Shown: piece by piece, positions 30,848 through 38,413 of the stretch
Layout: each line of letters starts with the position of its first letter
Position numbering within the stretch: position 1 is the first letter of the stretch
From: a virus
Reading direction: 5' to 3' (one strand)
Virus record (IMG/VR): IMGVR_UViG_3300045988_015542
Coordinates: 1 to 41,042 of that record
Length of the DNA stretch: 41,042 nt
Notes under the pieces: model-generated
What the model saw: the letters and a program-made list of their open reading frames with translations, nothing else
What the model was told of the DNA's origin: nothing
Database searches by the model: none
Translations under genes and position numbers: made by a program

Positions 30848-32059
30848 TCAAGAAACGGTAACGGTAGCAGTGCCGGTCTTGGTGCCGTCCTGCTTGGACT
30901 TGGCCGTGACGGTGATACTGGTCTTCGTCTCAGCGGTGTCGATAGTCAGCAAGCCGTCTTCGCTGATCTTGGACTTCGTGCCATTCTGGCTCCACTCGAC
31001 CTCGCCGTTGATAATGCCCTCGCCGGTAACAGCAGCAGTAAACGCCTTGCTGTCGCCCTTTGCCATTGTCGCGGTAGCGGGGGAGACGGTAACAGTGGAG
31101 ATGTCGCCACCCTTTCCGTACACGGAGAACGGGAACGGATCAGCCTTATCCACGTTGTAAGCATTGACGGGATTCGCTATCTCCCAGCCGAGACGCATGA
31201 CCGCGCGCAGCGCCACCATGTCGTTCTGCATCAGGTTGTAGGTGATGGCCTTGGTGGTGGGATCCTGGATAACGCCCTCGGTGAAAATCTTGAACGTCAT
31301 GTCCTGACGGATGGCGTATACGAGCTGGCTCCAGTCACCGACAATCATCTGCGCCTGCGCGGGATCGAACGCGCCGTTCATGGGGAAATACATATCCATG
31401 CCGTCAAGGCCGTAGCGGGTAGATCCCTGCATATCGGACTTAAAGATAGGCTGGCCGGTGGTGTCCTTCAGACCGCGGAGCTTTCCGCGCATCTGGATGG
31501 CGGACATCACGCCGTTGGGGTTAAAGCCGTCCAGCTCGACCTTGGCGATCAGGCCGCTTTCGCCCATGATGTCGCTGAAAATATCGGAGCTGATGGGCAC
31601 ACCGTTGCCGGCAGCGACAGCAGCAGGAACAACGCCAGTACGCCAAGTGCTCGGCTTGTTCGTGCCAAACAGGATAGCCGCATCAATGACCTTGCCGAAA
31701 GCCTCGGTCAGACGGGGCTTGACCTCGCCCCAAATGTCATAATCCGCATCATCGAGAGCAGCCTCGGGAATGGGGACGATAACAGCGATTTCCTCGGCAT
31801 ACAGCTTCTTCTTGTCCCACGCCATCTTGGTGGTCTGCTTGAAGGCGTCGCCAGCGCCGTCGCCGGTCGCTTCGCCGTTGACGAAATACGCGGAGGGAAG
31901 CGCGTCGAGCACGTTGATGGTCTGCGTCTTGCTGGACATATTCGCCAGTCTGCGGCCCATACGAAGAACGGCAGATTCGGCGATAGCGCCCTGCATGATT
32001 TCGCGGGTTACGGGTTCCGGGATAAGGCCGGAAAGTGCGGAACGATCAATACTTGCCAT
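30848..32059 (-). CDS. Major capsid protein (HK97 fold) with C-terminal Ig-like (Big_2-type) domain
   Basis: Phage_capsid-like core. C-terminal ~95 aa VTVSPATATMAKGDSKAFTAAVTGEG...ITVTAKS...ATVTVS. Confidence 0.85.
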   Translation of the reverse strand: MASIDRSALSGLIPEPVTREIMQGAIAESAVLRMGRRLANMSSKTQTINVLDALPSAYFVNGEATGDGAGDAFKQTTKMAWDKKKLYAEEIAVIVPIPEAALDDADYDIWGEVKPRLTEAFGKVIDAAILFGTNKPSTWRTGVVPAAVAAGNGVPISSDIFSDIMGESGLIAKVELDGFNPNGVMSAIQMRGKLRGLKDTTGQPIFKSDMQGSTRYGLDGMDMYFPMNGAFDPAQAQMIVGDWSQLVYAIRQDMTFKIFTEGVIQDPTTKAITYNLMQNDMVALRAVMRLGWEIANPVNAYNVDKADPFPFSVYGKGGDISTVTVSPATATMAKGDSKAFTAAVTGEGIINGEVEWSQNGTKSKISEDGLLTIDTAETKTSITVTAKSKQDGTKTGTATVTVS

Positions 32060-32077
32060 GTTGTAATCTCCTTTTCG

Positions 32078-32575
32078 TTACTTGAGTGCGCCGCGGATCA
32101 GATTGTTCATCGCGGCATTGGTATCTGTTTTCTTTTCGCCGCCGCCAACAGCGGCGGACCAGTCGATTTTTACGCCGTCTTGGAACGCGGACGGATCGGC
32201 GCTGACTTGCGCCTTGTGCCATTCGTCAAACCCATCAAGCGCACCGTCCTTGATTTCAAGGTGCTTTGCTTTCAGGTCTGCCAAATACGCCTTTTCCGCA
32301 GCTTTAGAGCTGAACTTCACGCCCTTTTCAGCAAGCGTCTTGCGGATCACATCTGCGTAGTCATAATCGGCGATCTTGGACTTGTATCCCTCGATCTCCT
32401 TTTTGAGCGCTTCCGTTTCCGCGTTTCCACTTGCCGCAAACTGCTTGTTCTTCTCCACTTCCGCGTCCAGCTTGCTCTGGACAGTCGAAAGTGCCTTTGT
32501 GATTCGCCTGTCAAACTCCGCCTTATAGGTGGGGTCAGCCAGTATTTCATCAAAAGTCATAGTTTCGTCTGCCAT
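32078..32575 (-). CDS. Scaffolding protein (DUF4355-like)
   Basis: Coiled-coil 165-aa protein directly upstream of the capsid gene. N-terminal FDEILADPTYKAEFDRR. Confidence 0.7.
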   Translation of the reverse strand: MADETMTFDEILADPTYKAEFDRRITKALSTVQSKLDAEVEKNKQFAASGNAETEALKKEIEGYKSKIADYDYADVIRKTLAEKGVKFSSKAAEKAYLADLKAKHLEIKDGALDGFDEWHKAQVSADPSAFQDGVKIDWSAAVGGGEKKTDTNAAMNNLIRGALK

Positions 32576-32656
32576 TTTTACTCTCCTTTTATTTCCACAG
32601 CGTCATTCCCCGCTGCGTATTACAAAATTCGGTTGCCTTTCTGGCTTCTTTCCAAT

Positions 32657-33061
32657 TCAATACAGCACCTTCGTTCTCTCCCACTGCTCCGGCAGCCCTG
32701 CCGCCGCGCTGAACGCCTTGTATTTGGCGTTTAACCGCCGTAGCCGTATGTTTACCGCCTGTTCTTCTTCGCGCAATCCTGCGGCCTTGTAAGCGGCTTT
32801 TTCGCGCTTTAGCTTACGCACCTCGCGTTCAACGCGCCGTTGCTCCTGCGTGGCCTCGTATGCCGTATAGGTCTTGCCCTCAAACGTACAGCCCAAACCA
32901 TCGTCAATATGCTTAAGCTGTTCGTCAGTGTATGTGCGCTCTGATACACCCTCTACAAACGGATAAAATGTATGCCGTACATCGACAGTTTGCCCCGCCA
33001 ATGCCAGTAACGAAACCATATCCGCAAGCCTTTTCAAAGTCTGGGTAATCTGCCATAACAT
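32657..33061 (-). CDS. C-terminal fragment of the split MuF/SPP1 gp7-like head morphogenesis protein
   Basis: Contains the family-typical ..RHTFYPFVEGVSERTYTDEQL.. and KTYTAYEATQEQRRVEREVRKLKR. Possible independent start ATG at 33061 after AGAAAGGA. Confidence 0.6.
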   Translation of the reverse strand: MLWQITQTLKRLADMVSLLALAGQTVDVRHTFYPFVEGVSERTYTDEQLKHIDDGLGCTFEGKTYTAYEATQEQRRVEREVRKLKREKAAYKAAGLREEEQAVNIRLRRLNAKYKAFSAAAGLPEQWERTKVLY

Positions 33062-33818
33062 CACATCCTTTCTAACGCAAAGGCGCAAGTGGAATACACT
33101 TATGTTGACTATTCTTCGATTATATGATATAATTACATTAAGAGGTGATTATATGAGTAAATTAAACGATTTGACTGGCAAAAGATTTGGGAAATGGCAA
33201 GTATTACAAAGAGACGGGAATATTTTGCCAGTACGTTGGATATGCCGTTGTGATTGCGGCACAGTTCGTAGTGTTTCAAGCGTTTCTTTGCGCGGTGGTT
33301 CAAAGTCATGCGGGTTGTGTTTACCTTACAAGGCGAAAAACCCGTTATACTTGCGGAAACATTCAAATCGGCTTTATCACGCATGGTCGGAAATGAAGCG
33401 CCGTTGCAATGGGAGATGCACAAATCGCCAATATTATGGTGATAAAGGCATTTCTTATTGTGAGGAATGGGAAGATTTTGACACTTTTGCAAAATGGTCT
33501 ATCGAGAATGGCTATCACCCTGGTTTGGAAATTGACAGAATAAACGGCGATCTTGATTATTCCCCCCCCAATTGCAGATGGACATCTCATAAGAAAAATT
33601 CCAGAAACAGAAAAGCCCGGAAAAATAATACTACTGGTGTTGCTGGTGTTTATCCAAGATTGCGAAAAGATGGCGTTGTTGTTTATCGCGCATCCATTGC
33701 AACAGATAACGGGAAAATCAATTTAGGAACTTTCTACACCATTGCAGATGCCGCTAAAGCCAGGCGAGAGGCAGAGCTAAAATATTGGGGATTTAACATC
33801 GGGGAGTAGTCCTCGGTG
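33062..33818 (+). mobile_element. AT-rich homing-endonuclease insertion splitting the MuF-like gene (boundaries approximate)
   Basis: Sharp GC drop relative to the flanks. Only plus-strand gene within the 21-kb late operon. Flanked by the two halves of one protein family. Confidence 0.65.
33153..33809 (+). CDS. HNH-like / AP2-domain homing endonuclease
   Basis: SD AAGAGGTGATTAT. Motifs LTGKRFGKWQVL, IDRINGDLDYSPPNCRWTS..KNSRN (HNH_3-like) and the AP2 pattern GVAGVY...YRASI...GKINLGTF...AAKARREAE. Confidence 0.75.
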   Translation: MSKLNDLTGKRFGKWQVLQRDGNILPVRWICRCDCGTVRSVSSVSLRGGSKSCGLCLPYKAKNPLYLRKHSNRLYHAWSEMKRRCNGRCTNRQYYGDKGISYCEEWEDFDTFAKWSIENGYHPGLEIDRINGDLDYSPPNCRWTSHKKNSRNRKARKNNTTGVAGVYPRLRKDGVVVYRASIATDNGKINLGTFYTIADAAKARREAELKYWGFNIGE

Positions 33819-34607
33819 TTATTTTTTATTCCACCGAAATACACGCCCCTGCCACTTCGTATGCGCTTCCCACCCATTTGGGCCGTCTTTATCTCGTGCA
33901 CCCGCGTGTGCCGATACTTCTACAAGGTCTGAACCAAGGTATTCCATTGACTGCTCCGCATATTTTTGATTAAGGGCATTTACGCCCGTCATCACGGCCC
34001 GCCTCGCCGCTACATCGATCTGATCTCGATGGCCGCTCTCATAGTCCACTACCTTTAAGCCGCTTTGCGCCAGCTGCCGCACCGCCGATTTAATAGCCTG
34101 ATTGTAGCTGATTGCACCGCTCTGGATTTGCATCGTGGCGTTGTCTAAAGCCCACTGGTACACCTTTGCGGGGGGCAGCATCGTCCGCCCTGCGTCTACC
34201 AAAAAGCCCATCGAAGCAGTGATGTTTTGGAACGCGTCTTGCGTTTGCCGTTTGATGGCGTCAATGGCGGTTGCGTCCACCAGCACGTCAGGCTGTGTTA
34301 CACGGGCAAGGTTTATGACCTCGGTGTAATACTTTTGGTTGCGCTCCACCACATCGTCTATCAGCTCGTTCAGCTTTTTCTCGCTGATGCCGGTAGTCTG
34401 GCGTATGGCTTTCTCAATCTCTTTCAGATCGATGCCGTGTGACCGCAGCGCCTTGATGTCTTGCACCGTGACCTCGTTCAGCTCGTCCCGCAACTTTAGC
34501 CTGGAACATATCTCCATCAGCAGCGTGTCCTCGAGACCTCGGTACAACTCCGCCAGCTCTTCCGGCATGGCATCCAAAACAGGAGGGGAGAATGGGTATT
34601 TCGGCAC
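33819..34607 (-). CDS. N-terminal fragment of the split MuF/SPP1 gp7-like head morphogenesis protein
   Basis: ..VEVSAHAGARDKDGPNGWEAHTKWQGRVF matches the conserved H.GAR...H..WQG region. It ends in AT-rich codons (RWNKK) 9 nt from the endonuclease stop. Confidence 0.7.
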   Translation of the reverse strand: MPKYPFSPPVLDAMPEELAELYRGLEDTLLMEICSRLKLRDELNEVTVQDIKALRSHGIDLKEIEKAIRQTTGISEKKLNELIDDVVERNQKYYTEVINLARVTQPDVLVDATAIDAIKRQTQDAFQNITASMGFLVDAGRTMLPPAKVYQWALDNATMQIQSGAISYNQAIKSAVRQLAQSGLKVVDYESGHRDQIDVAARRAVMTGVNALNQKYAEQSMEYLGSDLVEVSAHAGARDKDGPNGWEAHTKWQGRVFRWNKK

Positions 34608-34618
34608 TGCCCGTCACC

Positions 34619-36049
34619 TCACTCCACTTCGTTCTGCTGCTCCGTGGTCATGTCCTGCATCTTCGGCAGCGCCGCCTTTGCAGTCGCCTCGTCCTCGTTC
34701 ATCCATTTGGCGCGGAACTCCCAATCATTCATGATACCCGCCTGCAAAAGCTGCATATCGCGGGAAAAGTCAGTCTGCTTGTCCTCGATGATGCTATCGT
34801 CGAAATCAATGCGGATTTCCACATCTTCATTCAGCCCCGCGCCCATCGCGGTATTGCCAAGCCGGAGAAGAATGCGGCACAGCTCCACCAGTGCTTGTTC
34901 CAGAACGATCTCCATCTTTTTGATGGTGCGGAACATGGTAGAGTTTTCGCTGATAACTTGCGTTGCTGTCGCGACGCTGCCGCCGTCGAAACGGTAATAG
35001 GTTTCGCCGAAGCCGCACTTACTGGACAAAATGTTGAGTTGATCCTGAATGCCGGTGTTGTGCTCCGCCGTCCGCAATGTCATATCAATCGGCGTAATAA
35101 TCGCACCGTCATTTACGTCCTCCGGAAGAACGTAAAACGCGACGTCGCTTGAATCAAATACCGGCTCTCCGTCAAGGTACTTCGCTGCAGCTGGTTTCAC
35201 CATAATGCGCTTTTTCCCGAGCTTGAACTCATTGACGTAGCTATCATAAGCAATATCCACGCCCTGCATTACGTCGATAGCATTTGCATACACCGAAATG
35301 CCGGTTGGAAGCAAATAGTTGAAGTTATTCGCAATGTTGGGTCGGTCAATGACAAATTGACGCTTATCGCTTCCGGTATGTACAACAGGGGGGATGCGCT
35401 CAAAGCCATTAACATTGGTCAGCGCTTCGTCTGCAAGTTGCTCATTATCGTACCGATAAATGCGGTTCTCAATGATGTATTCGCCGCCATCCTCTTTGCG
35501 ATGGATTTGCAGATAGAGGTAATCGCGCCCGCCCCTTGTAACTACAGAGGAAAACGCGCACTCGCTGATATATCCGTTCTGCCATGCCAGCGGATAGATA
35601 TTTTCGATGGTCACATAGTCCAGCACAATGCCGGAGGCGTTGCCAGGTACGATCTCGCCGCTCTCGTTGACCTCCTGCCCCACCACGCGGGGAATGTATG
35701 CCACAGTGCCCAGCGCGGACTTCATTTCCTGCATCTCATTTGCCTTAACGGAAAAATTGTTCTCCATCAAGATGCGGTCAATAAATTCCTGTTCCTTATT
35801 CCCTTCAAGCGTTATCTGCACTTTCTCGTTCATGAGCAGATTCGCCCAATCCTCGCACAGCTTCTTTCCCATTCCGAGGGAATACCGCTTGCAGTTGACC
35901 ATGCTCTCACCGTTACGGACGCGGTAATTGTGGAAACCCTTTACATTTCCCTGATACCAGCTTTTCCATTCCGCAACCTTGCTATAAAACAATTCGGGGA
36001 TCGTGGTATAGCCAAGCTCGTTCAGTTTTAGGATGACTGCATTGCTCAT
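34619..36049 (-). CDS. Portal protein (SPP1 gp6-like)
   Basis: 476 aa. Positioned between terL and the MuF-like gene. ATGA overlap with terL. Confidence 0.85.
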   Translation of the reverse strand: MSNAVILKLNELGYTTIPELFYSKVAEWKSWYQGNVKGFHNYRVRNGESMVNCKRYSLGMGKKLCEDWANLLMNEKVQITLEGNKEQEFIDRILMENNFSVKANEMQEMKSALGTVAYIPRVVGQEVNESGEIVPGNASGIVLDYVTIENIYPLAWQNGYISECAFSSVVTRGGRDYLYLQIHRKEDGGEYIIENRIYRYDNEQLADEALTNVNGFERIPPVVHTGSDKRQFVIDRPNIANNFNYLLPTGISVYANAIDVMQGVDIAYDSYVNEFKLGKKRIMVKPAAAKYLDGEPVFDSSDVAFYVLPEDVNDGAIITPIDMTLRTAEHNTGIQDQLNILSSKCGFGETYYRFDGGSVATATQVISENSTMFRTIKKMEIVLEQALVELCRILLRLGNTAMGAGLNEDVEIRIDFDDSIIEDKQTDFSRDMQLLQAGIMNDWEFRAKWMNEDEATAKAALPKMQDMTTEQQNEVE

Positions 36050-37287
36050 GCGATAACTCCCATTCTTCGGCTAATCGGCTCAACTGCATATCGCAGCGCA
36101 TCGATCAAATGATTTTTCTCGTCTGGATAGCCGCTGATCCAGTTTCCGTCTTTGTCTTGATCGTATTCATAGTTCACAAGCTCATCGTAAGCATGCGGCG
36201 TGCGCCTGCGGTCAATAACGATCTTCCTCCGCTGTAGCCACTTCATTCCGTACGTCACGCTGTCAGGGCCTTTTACGGCAGCTTTGGCGGGTAGTCCCAT
36301 CGCGCGGAAGTCCGCAACACTTTTAGGCTCCGCGCTGTCGCAGATGATATAAGCGTCAGTGTAGCCTTTTGCCTTAATCATGCCCGCGCTCTGCTCGTTG
36401 GAAAGTTTGTTTTGATAAATCTCATCTATCAGGTAAATTGTCTCCCGCGCCTTGTCGTAGTGTGCGCGGATAAATGCAAACGGGTCAGGGAACCAGCCAT
36501 AGTCCACGCCCTGATAAATCCGGTCAAAATGGTTGATTTCTTCGTCGGTGATCTCCCGCAGCTCCAGCTTGTCAAACACATTGCCGCCCGTGCCTACCGG
36601 AATGCCGAGATACTCATGCTGATATGCCCGTTCGTCTGTTTCTTTTAGGTGTTCCGCTTCTGCAAGAAACTGTTCTCCCAGCCATTCAGGCGGTGCTTGC
36701 AGATACGTTGACTTGTGGCACAGGCGGTCAGCGCGTTCTTCCAAGCTGTCTTTGTTCGCCCAGTTGTCGCGCGAGATCGGCGGGTTGTAGCTCTCAAAGT
36801 TCCAAAACACCGAGCCGCCGCGCATGGTCGACTGCAAAATGTTTCGGATTTCTGCACGTCCGGCAAACTGGTCTTTCTCTTCAAAGTGCGTCACGGCGAT
36901 ATAGCCAAACGGCACCTTGATAGACTTGATCTTCATGGGGTCGTCAGCGCCCCGGAACATGATCTTTTGTCCGGTAGGCTTATAAATCAGCTCCATCGGG
37001 GATACTTTCGCTTCCCAATACGCCGCCATGCCCAGCTCGCCGATTGCCCAGATATACTGAGCATACACGCTATCGCGGATCGTGTTTGCTACCTTGCGCA
37101 GCACAAGCGCATGCGTTCCCGGGTTGTTTATCAGCAGCAGGGGGACGAGCACGGACACCGTGGACGACTTCAGCGAACCTCTCCCACCGCTGAAATCGTA
37201 GTGTGTGTGCCCATGATGGAACACATCGTGAGCCACGTCGTAAAAAGCCGAGCCGATTTTTTCTGACAAGAGAATATCAGACATCAA
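36046..37287 (-). CDS. terL: Terminase large subunit (PBSX/Terminase_3-like)
   Basis: 413 aa. Walker-A-like GGRGSLKSS. C-terminal nuclease region. Synteny terS-terL-portal. Confidence 0.85.
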   Translation of the reverse strand: MMSDILLSEKIGSAFYDVAHDVFHHGHTHYDFSGGRGSLKSSTVSVLVPLLLINNPGTHALVLRKVANTIRDSVYAQYIWAIGELGMAAYWEAKVSPMELIYKPTGQKIMFRGADDPMKIKSIKVPFGYIAVTHFEEKDQFAGRAEIRNILQSTMRGGSVFWNFESYNPPISRDNWANKDSLEERADRLCHKSTYLQAPPEWLGEQFLAEAEHLKETDERAYQHEYLGIPVGTGGNVFDKLELREITDEEINHFDRIYQGVDYGWFPDPFAFIRAHYDKARETIYLIDEIYQNKLSNEQSAGMIKAKGYTDAYIICDSAEPKSVADFRAMGLPAKAAVKGPDSVTYGMKWLQRRKIVIDRRRTPHAYDELVNYEYDQDKDGNWISGYPDEKNHLIDALRYAVEPISRRMGVIA

Positions 37288-37690
37288 TAACTACCTTGAC
37301 GGAATCCGTGCTTATCTTTGTCTCGTTCACTTCACGCCAACCAAAATTGCAGCCAAGCGAGAATTTCGCACCGTTGGCACCGTCCTTATCGTAGAGCCGA
37401 GATTCGGCGTATTCTTCACATCTGGACTTCGCGCGCGTAACCGTGTCCGCGAACTCCGGCCTTGCCTGATAATCCAGCAGTGCTTGTCTTCCTGTGAATC
37501 CAAGCGCCAATGCAAGCCCTGTGATTGTCGGGGGTTTTGCATTGATAATAATCGGCACCCCGTACTTATCTCGCACAGCGCAGCCGTCATCTCCGATAAA
37601 CGGTTCGCCTTCGCACTTTTTGAAGTAAACGTCAATAGCTTCCTGCATTGCCTTTACGCTTTTCCATTTTCTTGGCGCTCCGCCAGCCAT
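37277..37690 (-). CDS. terS: Terminase small subunit
   Basis: The pattern PPTITGLALALGFTGRQALLDY...AKSRCEEYAE is typical of Firmicute phage TerS. SD AAAGGGAGTGAGCGT. Confidence 0.75.
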   Translation of the reverse strand: MAGGAPRKWKSVKAMQEAIDVYFKKCEGEPFIGDDGCAVRDKYGVPIIINAKPPTITGLALALGFTGRQALLDYQARPEFADTVTRAKSRCEEYAESRLYDKDGANGAKFSLGCNFGWREVNETKISTDSVKVVIDV

Positions 37691-37966
37691 ACGCTCACTC
37701 CCTTTCGTTTTGCTACCAGCCCCCGCCCCTTGGCCTTACATAGCAGACTTTACCCGCCCCGAGGGGCATACACATTTGCCGTCTTCCCGCTTAGATTGTC
37801 ACACGCTACCGGCAACTACGCTCCGAAAAGTCGTAGCCCCTATTCCGTCAGGTCAAACCGGTCTTGACGTATCAAGACAAGCGCAGTTTTCAGCAAGCAT
37901 TGTCATTTCCATGTGAGCCATGACGACAACGGTCTCACATTGTCCGGGCGCTACCCGGCCTCTTGT

Positions 37967-38078
37967 GCAGATGGTGAGGATTTGCACCTCACATAGCCTA
38001 ACAGCGTCGGCCTCCACCGCTTTACTGGGCGGCACCCGAACTGTCGTTTGTAGCGTCTACCTATTCCGCCACATCTGC
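37967..38078 (-). ncRNA. tRNA-like module 2 (112 nt, expanded central region)
   Basis: 7-bp acceptor GCAGATG/CATCTGC. Type-II-like D-arm GCGGAATAGGTAGACGC. T-arm TGAGG-TGCAAAT-CCTCA. About 60 nt lie between the D- and T-arms. There is no CCA. Confidence 0.45.
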
Positions 38079-38137
38079 TTTTTGCCATCAACAGCCAGCT
38101 ACGCACCATTCGGTGTTTCACTACCCTACGGCGTTAC

Positions 38138-38205
38138 GCAGACGACAGGACTTGAACCTGCATCCTCCTCCGGAAGCGGTGCTCTGCCGATTGAGCTACG
38201 TCTGC
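38138..38205 (-). ncRNA. tRNA-like module 1 (68 nt, truncated anticodon arm)
   Basis: Acceptor GCAGACG/CGTCTGC. D-arm GCTC-AATCGGCA-GAGC. T-arm GCAGG-TTCAAGT-CCTGT. Only 18 nt lie where about 22 are needed (CCG-CTTC-CGG mini-hairpin). There is no CCA. Confidence 0.5.
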
Positions 38206-38312
38206 TTATGTCCCCGCTGGGCCACATCGTCGAGAGGTGCGCGGGGTCCTGTCATTTTTGCCCTCAACCGCCCGCCCCGAAGGGCGGGCTATCAAGGGAG
38301 GAGGAAACAGAT

Positions 38313-38360
38313 GAAAAAGCAGAGGCGTGAAGAGCCTCGCCCCATCACGCCTCTATTTTT
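38313..38360. terminator. Bidirectional Rho-independent terminator (ends the early operon on the minus strand)
   Basis: 10-bp stem AGAGGCGTGA/TCACGCCTCT with a 14-nt loop. T-runs on both sides (plus ATTTTT; minus GCTTTTTC). Confidence 0.75.
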
Positions 38361-38379
38361 GCATAGGTTTTTTTTATTT

Positions 38380-38413
38380 TTCCCCTTAAAAGGGGAATTT
38401 TCAAAATTTTTTT
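38380..38413 (+). terminator. Second hairpin plus T-run, plus-strand orientation
   Basis: TTCCCC-TTAAAA-GGGGAA followed by TTTTCAAAATTTTTTT. Overlaps the stop codon of the minus-strand HTH gene. Confidence 0.45.

Larger units (their letters stand above)
37691..38312 (-). ncRNA. Gene-free, hairpin-dense region: candidate large structured ncRNA (strand inferred from the embedded tRNA-like modules)
   Basis: There is no ORF with an SD. Many GC-rich stems, e.g. 37816-37836, 37861-37878, 37912-37939, 37944-37958 and 38270-38289. Two tRNA-like modules. Confidence 0.45.

Noticed and set aside
30704-32734. 676-aa plus-strand ORF
   Set aside because: It lies antisense to the capsid, scaffold and connector genes. 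It is a high-GC shadow frame with no recognisable motifs and no SD.
37691-38312. Possibility that the tRNA-like elements belong to a phage tmRNA
   Set aside because: Each module has its own complete acceptor stem and an intact D-arm. There is no Ala-type G3:U70 acceptor, no CCA, and no tag-peptide reading frame ending in a hydrophobic ..LAA-type sequence.
37920-38330. 136-aa and overlapping ORFs (37853..38035, 38113..38415) in the terS-upstream gap
   Set aside because: They have no SD at their starts. They read through tRNA-like and hairpin sequences, and their amino-acid composition is not protein-like. The region is better explained as structured RNA or DNA.
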